64,000 bases of DNA from assembly GCA_963725865.1 (NCBI GenBank), contig CAVSAC010000014.1, forward strand, positions 352,001 through 416,000. Reading direction: 5' to 3'. Positions within the stretch are counted from its first letter, which is position 1. Each line of letters starts with the position of its first letter. Below are positions 17,567 through 26,421 of this stretch, in pieces. Source of the DNA: Candidatus Eiseniibacteriota bacterium (GTDB lineage: Bacteria > Eisenbacteria > RBG-16-71-46). A program made the position numbers and the translations under genes. The notes under the pieces were generated by a model. That model was given only the letters and a program-made list of their open reading frames with translations, had not been told where the DNA came from and searched no databases.

Positions 17567-19771
17567 ATGCCTGCAGCCCCGCGGCGCTCCGCGCTCCCAT
17601 CCGTGCCCTCGCCCGGTCGATCCGCCTGCTGCCGGGGGCGCTGCTGCCTGCGCGCTGCCGCGCTGCTCGCGGCCGTGGCCGCGGCGCTCGGGCTCGCCTC
17701 ATGCGGGCCGTTCCTGCCGCCGCGCGGGGCCACGTTCGACCCCGACACCATCCCCGAGGCGCACGCGCTGGCGACCGGTGCGCTGATGTGGCCGGGGGCG
17801 GCGCGCGCGTTCCTGGTCACGCCGGCCGGCGATCTCTACAACGGCGAGTGGGGCGTGCGGCTGCTGCCGGTCGCCGACGACGTGCCGGCCGGCGCGCCGC
17901 GCGCGATCGCGGCCGAGGAGCGCTGGATGCCGGTGCTGCGCTGGAACCGCGCGGCGGGCCGCGTGCGGTTCGAGTTCGAGGCGACGGCCTCGCCGCAGCC
18001 GGCGCCACGCGACAGCGGCCTGCTGGTCTCGCTCGTGATGCGCGCGGTCAACACCGGCTCGCAGCCGTCGCACGTGCGCCTGAGCGCGCTGCTCGATCCG
18101 CGCGGCGCCGGCTGGGCGGCTCCGGCGGCGGCGATGCCCGAGCCGGGCCGCGATGCGGTGCGGCGGCCGTTCGTGGCGCCCGACGCTCCCGAGAGCCTGA
18201 CGGCCGGTCTGGCGTGGGCGGGCGCCGACGCCGGGCGCGCGGCGCACGGCTGGTGCGCCGGGGGCGGCGCGGGCCCGCGCGCCGCCATCGACTGGACCCT
18301 TGCGCCGGGCGAATCGCGCAGCCTTCGGTTCCTGCTGCCGGCGTATCCCGAGGCGGCAGGCACGCTCGCCCAGTGGGCGCGCCAGCCGCACGCCGCGCGC
18401 ACCGCCGCGGCGCGGCGCTTCTGGAGCGGCGAGCTGGAGCGGGGCACCCGGTTCGAGCTCGGCGATCCCGAGACCGAGAACGCGCTGCGGGCCGCCGAGG
18501 TGGTGCTGCTCGCGTGCGTGGAGCGGCGCGGCGATCTCTGGGTGCCGATCGGTAATCCGTTCCAGTACCGCGACGTGTGGATCCGCGACGGCGCGCGCGC
18601 GATCCGCGCGCTGGCGGTGAGCGGGCACGTGAAGGACGCGCGCTCGCGGGTCGACGGACTGCTCGCGTTCCAGTGGCCGACCGGGGCGTTCCTGAGCCAG
18701 CGCGGCCAGCTCGACGGCACCGGCCAGGTGCTGTGGGCGCTCGACCAATCGCTGCTGCGCACCGACGTGGACGCCGATCGCGTCCACCAGGCCGCCGATG
18801 CGGCCGCGGCCGCGGTGCACTGGATCGAGACCCAGCGCACGGTCGGCGCGCGCTCGGGCTGGGAGTTCGGCGCGCTGCTGCCGTTCGCGGAGCCGCGCGA
18901 CGCCGAGCTGGTGCGCGCGCAGCTGGTGGGCAGCGACGCGTGGGCGATCGCCGGCGAGCGCGCGGCCGAGCGCCTGCTGCGCGCCGCCGCGCGCCCGGTC
19001 GAGGCCGATAGCGTGGCGGCGATGCGCGCGCGCTATCGCGCCGACTTCGCGCGGGCGCTGGCGCGGACCGGCAGCCCGGACGTGCCGCCGTCGTGGCAGG
19101 GCATCGGCCGCGACTGGGGCAACCTCGCGGCCGCGGTGCCGTGCGAGGCGCTGCCGCTCGACGATCCGCGCATGGCCGCGCTCGCGCGGCGCGTGTGGGC
19201 GGGCGCCGGCGGCGCGGGGCTCGGCTGGTACGGCACGCCCGACACGCTGCACACCTACCTCGCGGTCGACCTCGCGACCTGGGCGGCGCTGAGCGGGCGG
19301 CCGGCGCAGGCCGAGAGCGTGCTGGTCGCGATGCTCCACTGGCGCACCGCGAGCGGCGGTGCGGGCGAGATGGTGGTGCGCGCGAGTCGCGACTTCGGCG
19401 ACAACCTGCCGCCGCACACCACCGCCGCCGCCGCGCTGGTGTCGCTGGTGCGCGACCTGCTCGTGTACGACGAGGGCGACACGCTGATCCTGACCGCGGG
19501 TGCCCGCCCGGCGTGGTGGCGCGGCGCCGCGGTGCGGGCCGCGCCGACGCGGTTCGGGAACCTCGACCTTGCGTTCTCGCGCCACGCGGACACCGCCGAG
19601 TGGCGCTGGACGCCGCTCCCGACCTGGGTGGCGCTCACGCTGCCGCCGGGCACGCGGCTCGCGGGCCCGCCGCCCGCGCCGCTGCGCGCGAGCGCGCGCG
19701 CCGACGTGGTGCTCGCTCCGCCCGGGACCGCCGAGGCGCGCGTGAGCCTGGCCGCCGCGGAGGCGCGATGA
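17567..19771 (+). CDS. Putative lipoprotein with a six-hairpin (alpha/alpha)6 glycosidase-like domain
   Basis: Lipobox LGLAS-C; NPFQYRDVWIRDGA, QLDGTGQVLW, and C-terminal APTRFGNLDL typical of six-hairpin glycosidases. Confidence 0.65.
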   Translation: MPAAPRRSALPSVPSPGRSACCRGRCCLRAAALLAAVAAALGLASCGPFLPPRGATFDPDTIPEAHALATGALMWPGAARAFLVTPAGDLYNGEWGVRLLPVADDVPAGAPRAIAAEERWMPVLRWNRAAGRVRFEFEATASPQPAPRDSGLLVSLVMRAVNTGSQPSHVRLSALLDPRGAGWAAPAAAMPEPGRDAVRRPFVAPDAPESLTAGLAWAGADAGRAAHGWCAGGGAGPRAAIDWTLAPGESRSLRFLLPAYPEAAGTLAQWARQPHAARTAAARRFWSGELERGTRFELGDPETENALRAAEVVLLACVERRGDLWVPIGNPFQYRDVWIRDGARAIRALAVSGHVKDARSRVDGLLAFQWPTGAFLSQRGQLDGTGQVLWALDQSLLRTDVDADRVHQAADAAAAAVHWIETQRTVGARSGWEFGALLPFAEPRDAELVRAQLVGSDAWAIAGERAAERLLRAAARPVEADSVAAMRARYRADFARALARTGSPDVPPSWQGIGRDWGNLAAAVPCEALPLDDPRMAALARRVWAGAGGAGLGWYGTPDTLHTYLAVDLATWAALSGRPAQAESVLVAMLHWRTASGGAGEMVVRASRDFGDNLPPHTTAAAALVSLVRDLLVYDEGDTLILTAGARPAWWRGAAVRAAPTRFGNLDLAFSRHADTAEWRWTPLPTWVALTLPPGTRLAGPPPAPLRASARADVVLAPPGTAEARVSLAAAEAR

Positions 19772-20541
19772 GCGCGCGCGAGCGACGGACACGGCGCGGC
19801 GCCGCGCCCAAGGGAGCGCCCGCCGGCGGCCGGCCCGTGGCGGGTGCGGGCTCGAGCGCCCCGCGCGCGACGCGCGACGCGGCGGGCGCCGGCGGCCCGG
19901 CGCCCCGCACGTCTTCGCGGAGGCTCGGCCGCCCGTGGATGATGGCGGCCATCGCGCTGGTGGCGCTGACCGCGGTGGTGCTGCTCGTGCGGCGGCCGTT
20001 CGCGCCGCGCCGCGCGGCGAGCGCCGCGTCCGCGCTCTCGCCCGCCGCGCGACTCGACGCGCAGGGCGCCTACCTCGAGGGCGCGCGGCTCTACGAGGCG
20101 AAGCGAAACCTCGAGGCGTTGCCGTACTTCCGGCGCGTGGGCGCGCTGCTGCCGCAGCCGACGCGGCAATACCACCTGTTGATGACCGACGTGCTGGAGC
20201 ACGCGGCGCTGCAGCCGCGATGGGACGCGCCGCAGTCGGCCACGCGCTCGAGCGTCGAGCGGGTGGCGATGCTGCACGAGGCGCTGGCGCACCTGGACGT
20301 CGCCGAGCGGCTGTCGCGCACGCCGCGCGAGATCGCCGAGGTGCGGGCGTGGCGCGCGAACCTGCTCCGCGTGTGGGGATTTCCGTGGGAAGCGCTGGCG
20401 TCGCTGCGCGCCGCCGTGGCGGCCGACTCGTCGTGGACGGTGGTCGCGGGCTCGGCGGACCTGTTCACGTTCCGCGTGCACCACCCCGATCGGTCGATCC
20501 CCGGCATCGACACCGACGCTATCCTCCGAGACGCACCCTGA
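19768..20541 (+). CDS. Membrane-anchored helical (TPR-like) hypothetical protein
   Basis: ATGA overlap with the upstream stop; single TM segment (WMMAAIALVALTAVVLLV) followed by helical repeats. Confidence 0.6.
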   Translation: MSARERRTRRGAAPKGAPAGGRPVAGAGSSAPRATRDAAGAGGPAPRTSSRRLGRPWMMAAIALVALTAVVLLVRRPFAPRRAASAASALSPAARLDAQGAYLEGARLYEAKRNLEALPYFRRVGALLPQPTRQYHLLMTDVLEHAALQPRWDAPQSATRSSVERVAMLHEALAHLDVAERLSRTPREIAEVRAWRANLLRVWGFPWEALASLRAAVAADSSWTVVAGSADLFTFRVHHPDRSIPGIDTDAILRDAP

Positions 20542-21223
20542 GCAGCGTCGCGAGGATCTTCCAGCCCGCGGCGACCGAGCCGCGCACCGTGCCCGCGATC
20601 TTCGAGGCGCCCGCGCGGCGCCGGCGGTAGCGCACCGGCACCTCGACGCAGGCGAGGCGCGCGCGCACCGCGCGGGTCTGCATCTCGACCGTCCAGCCGA
20701 AGTCGCGATCGCGCATGCCGAGGCGCTCGAGCGCGTCCCAGCGAATCGCGCGGAAGGGCCCCAGGTCGGTGAAGCGCGCGCCGAACAACGGCCCCATCAG
20801 CGCCGCCGCGAACCGGCTGCCGAACGCCTGCACCGGCGTGAGCGAGCCGGGCTCGCGCTCGCCGAGCACGCGCGAGCCGATCACGAGGTCCGCCGCACCG
20901 GCGACGATCGGAGCGAGCAGCTCGCCGAGCTGCGACGCGTCGTCGCTGCCGTCGGCGTCGAGGAACGCGACCACCGCGGGCGGATCGCGGCGCAGGTGGG
21001 CGAGCGCCGCGAGGCACGCGGCGCCGTAACCGCGGCGCGGCTCGCGCACGACCGTGGCGCCCGCCGCGCGCGCCACCTCGGCGGTGCGGTCGCGGGAGCC
21101 GTTGTCGGCCACCACCACCGCGCGCACGAGCCAGCCGGCGCCCGCGCGCGGGATCGAGGCCAGCACGGCGGGGAGCGGGGCCTCCTCGTCGAGGGCGGGC
21201 AGCACGATTGCGACGTCGAGCAT
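20519..21223 (-). CDS. Glycosyltransferase family 2 (DPM synthase-like)
   Basis: IVLPALDEE, DNGSRDRT, RRGYGAAC, FLDADGSDD, FTDLGPFRAIR. Confidence 0.9.
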   Translation of the reverse strand: MLDVAIVLPALDEEAPLPAVLASIPRAGAGWLVRAVVVADNGSRDRTAEVARAAGATVVREPRRGYGAACLAALAHLRRDPPAVVAFLDADGSDDASQLGELLAPIVAGAADLVIGSRVLGEREPGSLTPVQAFGSRFAAALMGPLFGARFTDLGPFRAIRWDALERLGMRDRDFGWTVEMQTRAVRARLACVEVPVRYRRRRAGASKIAGTVRGSVAAGWKILATLLRVRLGG

Positions 21224-21287
21224 CGGGGTCACGCGGGATGGGCTCCGGTCGAAGGCGATAGGCGGCCCGCCGCCGGGGCCGGGTCGC

Positions 21288-21326
21288 CGAAAACGCGAAG
21301 GGGCCGGAGCGCGCGCTCCGGCCCCT
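21288..21326 (-). terminator. Intrinsic terminator after ppdK
   Basis: Palindrome aggggccggagcgcgcgctccggcccct followed on the minus strand by TCGCGTTTT. Confidence 0.65.
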
Positions 21327-21339
21327 CGCCGTGCTGGGA

Positions 21340-24228
21340 CTACCGCTGGTCGCTGCCGCTGGCCTTGCCGCGCACCACCGCCTGGGCGGCGGCGAGACGG
21401 GCGATCGGCACGCGGAACGGCGAGCACGAGACGTAGTTCAGGTTCGCGTGGTGGCAGAACTCCACGCTCGCCGGATCGCCGCCGTGCTCTCCGCAGATGC
21501 CGACCTTGAGGTCCTTGCGGGTGCTGCGACCGCGCTCGACCGACATCTTCACCAGCGCGCCCACGCCGTCCGGATCGATCGACACGAACGGGTCGATCGG
21601 CAGGATCTTGCGCGCGACGTACTCGGGCAGGAACTTGCCCGCGTCGTCGCGCGAGTAGCCGAACGTCAGCTGCGTGAGGTCGTTGGTGCCGAACGAGAAG
21701 AACTGCGCCTCCTCGGCGACCTTGTCCGACGTCACCGCCGCGCGCGGCACCTCGATCATCGTGCCGACCAGGTATTCGACCTTCTGGCCGCGCTTCTCCA
21801 TCACCTCGTCCGCCACGCGGCGGACGAGTGCGGCCTGGTCCTTGAGCTCGTTGACATGGCCGATCAGCGGGATCATGACCTCGGGGATCACCTTCTTGCC
21901 CTTGGCCGCGACGTCGCAGGCCGCCTCGAAGATGGCGCGCGCCTGCATCTCGGTGACCTCGGGGTAGGTGATGCCGAGGCGGCAGCCACGGTGGCCGAGC
22001 ATCGGGTTGAACTCGTGCAGGTCCTCGACCCGGTGCAGCAGCTCGGGCATGCCCTTCTTGAGCTGCGCGACCGTCATCCGGTAGCGCTTCGCCATGTCCT
22101 TCTTCTGCGCGGCCGTCGCGCGCGGCAGGCGCACGATGTCGACCATCAACTCCTCGCGCTTGGGCAGGAACTCGTGGAGCGGCGGATCGAGCGTGCGGAT
22201 GGTGACCGGATAGCCATCCATCGCCTCGAACAGCCCCTTGAAGTCCGAGCGCTGCAGCGGCAGGAGCTTCGCGAGCGCCTGCTTGTAGAGCTTCTCGGGC
22301 GCCGCGAGCTGCTTCTTGACCGCGGCGATCTCGGGCGCGAGTTTGCGGATCACCGACTTGTCGGCGCCGTCGGCCTCGTTCTGCAGCGCGGCCAGTTTCT
22401 CGCGCAGCAGCTTGGTCTGGGGGGCGGCCATGATCATCTGCACCACCCACGGCAGCCGGTCCTCGGCGAAGAACATGTGCTCGGTGCGGCACAGCCCGAT
22501 GCCCTCGGCGCCGAACGCGCGGGCCTGCTTGGCGTCGCGCGGGATGTCGGCGTTCGAGCGCACCTTCAGCCGGCGCACCTCGTCCGCCCAGCCCATGTAG
22601 GTGCCGAACTCGCCGCTCACCTCGGCGGGCAGCGTGGGCGCCTGGCCCACGTACACCTTGCCGGTCGAACCGTCGAGCGAGATCCACTCGCCCTGCTTCA
22701 CCGTGCGGCCGTCGACCGTCATGCGACCGGCCTTGTCGTCGACGCGCACCGCGCCCGCGCCGGAGACGCACGGCTTGCCCATGCCGCGCGCGACCACCGC
22801 CGCGTGCGAGGTCATGCCGCCGGTCGCCGTCAGGATGCCTTGTGCCGCGTCCATGCCGTGGATGTCGTCGGGCGTGGTCTCCTTGCGCACCAGGACGACC
22901 TTCTTCTTCGCGTGCCCCCACTCCGCCGCGGTGTCGGCATCGAATACCGCCATGCCGACCGCGGCACCCGGCGAGGCCGCGAGGCCCTGCGTGAGCTGCG
23001 GGAGCTTGTGCTTGGGATCGAGGCGCGGGTGCAGCAGCTGGTCGAGCGACACCGGCTCGACCCGCAGCAGCGCCTCCTCCTTGCTGATCAGGCCCTCGTT
23101 CACCATCTCGACCGCGATGCGCACGGCCGCCTGCGCGGTGCGCTTCCCGGTGCGAGTCTGGAGCAGGTAGAGCTTCTTGTCCTGGATCGTGAACTCGAAG
23201 TCCTGGATGTCGCGATAGTGCTTCTCGAGCCGCTTGGTGATCTCGTGCAGCTGCCGGAACGCTTCCGGCAGCTCGTTCTCGAGGTCGGCGATCGGGTGCG
23301 GGGTGCGCACGCCGGCGACGACGTCCTCGCCCTGCGCGTTGACGAGGTACTCGCCGTAGAAGTGGTTCTCGCCGGTGGCGGGGTTGCGCGTGAATCCGAC
23401 GCCGGTCGCGGACGTGTCGCCGAGGTTGCCGAACACCATCGCCTGCACGTTGACCGCGGTGCCGAGGTCGTCGGGGATGCGATTCTGGCGGCGGTAGTAG
23501 ATCGCGCGGTCGTTCATCCACGACCGGAACACGGCGTCGCGTGCCATGCCGAGCTGCTCGTACGGATCCTGCGGGAACTCGCGCCCGGTGCGCTTCTTCA
23601 CCAGCGCCTTGAACTCCTTCACGAGCCCCTGCAGGTCGCCGGCCGAGAGGTCCTGGTCGGTCTTGGCCTTCTTCGACTTCTTGAAGTGCTCGAGGTGTTC
23701 CTCGAAGTCGCTCTTCTCGAGGCCCAGCACCACCGATCCGAACATCTGCAGGAAGCGGCGGTAGCAGTCCCACGCGAAGCGCGGGTTCTGCGTGCGCTCG
23801 GCCAGGCCGAGCACCGAGCGGTCGTTGAGTCCGAGGTTGAGGATGGTGTCCATCATGCCGGGCATCGAGAACTTCGCGCCCGAGCGCACCGACACCAGCA
23901 GCGGATCGCCCGGATCGCCGAGCCGCTTCGCCATCCGCGTCTCGAGCACCTCGAGCGCGCGCTTCTGCTCCGCCTCGAAGCCCTCCGGCAGGCGGCGGCC
24001 CTGCGCGTAGTACGCGCGGCACACCGCGGTCGTGATGGTGAAGCCGGGAGGCACCGGCACTCCGGCGTTCGTCATCTCGGCGAGCCCGGCGCCCTTGCCG
24101 CCGAGCAGGTCGCGCATCTGCGCGCCGCCCTCGGCGCGGCCCTCACCGAACGCATAGACGTACTGCTCGTGCGCCTGCGCCGTCGAACCGCTCGGGTCCG
24201 ATGTGCTGGCGGTCTCCGTCGTGGTCAC
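21340..24228 (-). CDS. ppdK: Pyruvate, phosphate dikinase
   Basis: LLGGKGAGLAEM, SVRSGAKFSMPGMMDTILNLG, phospho-His motif GGMTSHAAVVARG, GLCRTEHMFF, FSFGTNDLTQ, GICGEHGGDP. Confidence 0.97.
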   Translation of the reverse strand: MTTTETASTSDPSGSTAQAHEQYVYAFGEGRAEGGAQMRDLLGGKGAGLAEMTNAGVPVPPGFTITTAVCRAYYAQGRRLPEGFEAEQKRALEVLETRMAKRLGDPGDPLLVSVRSGAKFSMPGMMDTILNLGLNDRSVLGLAERTQNPRFAWDCYRRFLQMFGSVVLGLEKSDFEEHLEHFKKSKKAKTDQDLSAGDLQGLVKEFKALVKKRTGREFPQDPYEQLGMARDAVFRSWMNDRAIYYRRQNRIPDDLGTAVNVQAMVFGNLGDTSATGVGFTRNPATGENHFYGEYLVNAQGEDVVAGVRTPHPIADLENELPEAFRQLHEITKRLEKHYRDIQDFEFTIQDKKLYLLQTRTGKRTAQAAVRIAVEMVNEGLISKEEALLRVEPVSLDQLLHPRLDPKHKLPQLTQGLAASPGAAVGMAVFDADTAAEWGHAKKKVVLVRKETTPDDIHGMDAAQGILTATGGMTSHAAVVARGMGKPCVSGAGAVRVDDKAGRMTVDGRTVKQGEWISLDGSTGKVYVGQAPTLPAEVSGEFGTYMGWADEVRRLKVRSNADIPRDAKQARAFGAEGIGLCRTEHMFFAEDRLPWVVQMIMAAPQTKLLREKLAALQNEADGADKSVIRKLAPEIAAVKKQLAAPEKLYKQALAKLLPLQRSDFKGLFEAMDGYPVTIRTLDPPLHEFLPKREELMVDIVRLPRATAAQKKDMAKRYRMTVAQLKKGMPELLHRVEDLHEFNPMLGHRGCRLGITYPEVTEMQARAIFEAACDVAAKGKKVIPEVMIPLIGHVNELKDQAALVRRVADEVMEKRGQKVEYLVGTMIEVPRAAVTSDKVAEEAQFFSFGTNDLTQLTFGYSRDDAGKFLPEYVARKILPIDPFVSIDPDGVGALVKMSVERGRSTRKDLKVGICGEHGGDPASVEFCHHANLNYVSCSPFRVPIARLAAAQAVVRGKASGSDQR

Positions 24229-24306
24229 GGGTCCCTCCTATGGTCGACCGGCTGCGGCTAGCCGGAGCGCATCACGATGCGCGGCCCGGGTCCACCAGCT
24301 TCCGGA

Positions 24307-26421
24307 TCAGTGTTCGGGCATCGGGCGCACGAACGTGGCGTCCGAAACTCCCTGGTTCAAGCGGACGGACTTTACATCGAGGCGCATGATGTTGTCGCCC
24401 GGACTGCGGCGCTCCTCCTTGAACGGCCAGATCACCCCGTCGGCCTCCTTGAAGTCCGCATAGATGCGCCGGGTCAGCACTTCCGCCCAGGAATCAGCGG
24501 AGGAATACTGATCCAGCTGGAGCAGTCGCCCGGTGGACTTGTCGAAGTGGTAACGCCGGCGCTCGCCGGCGGCCGTGATGACCTCGACGTCGTCCGTCTC
24601 CGTGGTGCCGACCGCGCCGGTGCCGCGCGCGATCACGGTGGCGGCCGAGTCGGCCGCGACCAGCAGCACGTGGGCGGGATCGCCTTCGAACGAGGCGCGC
24701 ATCCCGCGCACGGCGAGGCTGTCCATCGGCATGCCCACGCTGTCGACATCGGCCTGCGACCAGCCGATGGTGCCGTTGAGCACCTGCTTGGTGGTGAGGC
24801 CGAGGAAGCGGGTCTGAGTGAGCAGCTTGTAGGCCTCCTTGCGGACGCTCGTGACCTGGCCGAGCAGGTCGCGCCCGTTCAGCGTCAGCGTCATGTCGGA
24901 GATCACCTCGGAATCGCGGATCCCGCGCAGACGCTCGAGGCCGCCGTGTGCCGCGATGGCACGCGCCACCGCGGCGCGGCCCTGGGCGACCCGCTCGGGA
25001 GTCGCGGTGGCGAGGGTGTCGTTGTTCGCCGACAGCGGGACGATGGCGTCCAGCGAGAGGTCCTCGACCGTTCCGAGCGCCTCGAGCTGTGGGCGCACGC
25101 GATCCGCGGGACCCGCCACGACGATCAGCGCGTGCTCGGGATCGAACCACCGGCGGGTCGCGGCCGCGACCGCGTCCGCGGTCACCCCCGCGAGCAGCGC
25201 GGGCGTGCGCGCGACGTCCTCCGCCGAGCGGCCGTCCAGCGCCGCCGACTGCCACTGCGACAGTGCGCCACTCAGCGTCTCGAACGCGAGCGGGAACGAG
25301 TTCACGAACGCGCGGCGCAGCGGTGCCAGCTCGGCCTCGGCCGGCGGCGTCTTCACGTACCCGCGCAGCTCCGCGCGCAGCTGCTTCACGGCGCTCGCCA
25401 CCGAGTCGGGTGGTACCGCGACGCCGATCGTGATCAGGCCGCCGTCGCGCAGCTGGCTGAGCCCGCCGCGCGGCGCCGCGCCCGCAACGCCGTTGCGGCG
25501 CGACGCGAGGCGGGAGTCACCGCCGCCGACCAGCGCGCTGGTCGCGAGCGCGACCGCCTCGTCGCCGGCGCGCCGGCTGGGTGCGATCAGCGCGAGCCGC
25601 ACCTCGGCCCAACCCATGCCGGGCAGGTCCTGCAATGCGATGCGTGGCCGCGTCGGCACGATCGGCGGGGAGATCGGCGCCGACGCGGCGGAGCGGCCGC
25701 TCCAGCGCGAGAACCAGTCGGCCGCGGCCGCGAACGCGCGTTCGGGCGTGACGTCGCCCCCGATCGCGAGCACGGCATGGTCGGGCCGCCAGACGTCGCG
25801 GTGGTAGGCGCGCAGCGACTCGACGGTGAGTGCCGCGATCGAGCGGCTGGTGCCGAGCACCGGGCGCCCGTACGGATTCCCGGACAGCGCGGCGACCCAG
25901 GTCTGCTCGTCGGCGACGCCGGCGGGATTCCCGCGCGCCTGCAGCTGCATGCGGACGCTCTGCTGGCGCAGGCGCTGGAACTCGCTCTCCGGGAACACCG
26001 GATCGAGCACCGCGTTGCTCATGAGTTCGAGTCCGGCCTCGAGATCGCGCGCGAGGAAAGAGCCGGAGAGCATCGAGAAGTCGCGCGCGGCCTGCGCGCT
26101 CACCGTGCCGCCGAGCCGGTCGATGTCGGCCTGGTACGCATCGGCGGTGCGCGACGTGGTGCCGCGTTTGAGGATCTGGGCGGTCAGGGCGGCGGCCCCC
26201 TCCTGGCCCGCGGGATCCAGCGAGCTGCCCCCCGGCACCAGCAGCTGGATCTGCACGATCGCCAGGCGCGGCTGGGGGACGACCAGGACGCGCAGGCCGT
26301 TCGGCAGCGTGCGCTCGACGGGCTGGGGCGGCGAGAACGGCGCGGCCGATACGGCGGTGGAGAGCGCCAGCAGGCAGGCGCCGGCGGCGAGCGCGAGCGG
26401 ACGGATCGTCGGGGTGCGCAT
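24307..26421 (-). CDS. M16 family peptidase, non-catalytic-type subunit, with an extra C-terminal LolA-like domain
   Basis: TLPNGLRVLVV, PYGRPVLGT, YHRDVWRPDHAVLAIGGDV; no HxxEH (ALTAQIL at that site); C-terminal AIAAHGGLERL...VRLNQGVSDATF. Confidence 0.82.
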   Translation of the reverse strand: MRTPTIRPLALAAGACLLALSTAVSAAPFSPPQPVERTLPNGLRVLVVPQPRLAIVQIQLLVPGGSSLDPAGQEGAAALTAQILKRGTTSRTADAYQADIDRLGGTVSAQAARDFSMLSGSFLARDLEAGLELMSNAVLDPVFPESEFQRLRQQSVRMQLQARGNPAGVADEQTWVAALSGNPYGRPVLGTSRSIAALTVESLRAYHRDVWRPDHAVLAIGGDVTPERAFAAAADWFSRWSGRSAASAPISPPIVPTRPRIALQDLPGMGWAEVRLALIAPSRRAGDEAVALATSALVGGGDSRLASRRNGVAGAAPRGGLSQLRDGGLITIGVAVPPDSVASAVKQLRAELRGYVKTPPAEAELAPLRRAFVNSFPLAFETLSGALSQWQSAALDGRSAEDVARTPALLAGVTADAVAAATRRWFDPEHALIVVAGPADRVRPQLEALGTVEDLSLDAIVPLSANNDTLATATPERVAQGRAAVARAIAAHGGLERLRGIRDSEVISDMTLTLNGRDLLGQVTSVRKEAYKLLTQTRFLGLTTKQVLNGTIGWSQADVDSVGMPMDSLAVRGMRASFEGDPAHVLLVAADSAATVIARGTGAVGTTETDDVEVITAAGERRRYHFDKSTGRLLQLDQYSSADSWAEVLTRRIYADFKEADGVIWPFKEERRSPGDNIMRLDVKSVRLNQGVSDATFVRPMPEH

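Noticed and set aside
20519..24022. Apparent 1167-aa GT2 fusion ORF
   Set aside because: Only 20519-21223 is GT2; the rest is an off-frame reading of ppdK, with a terminator hairpin in between.
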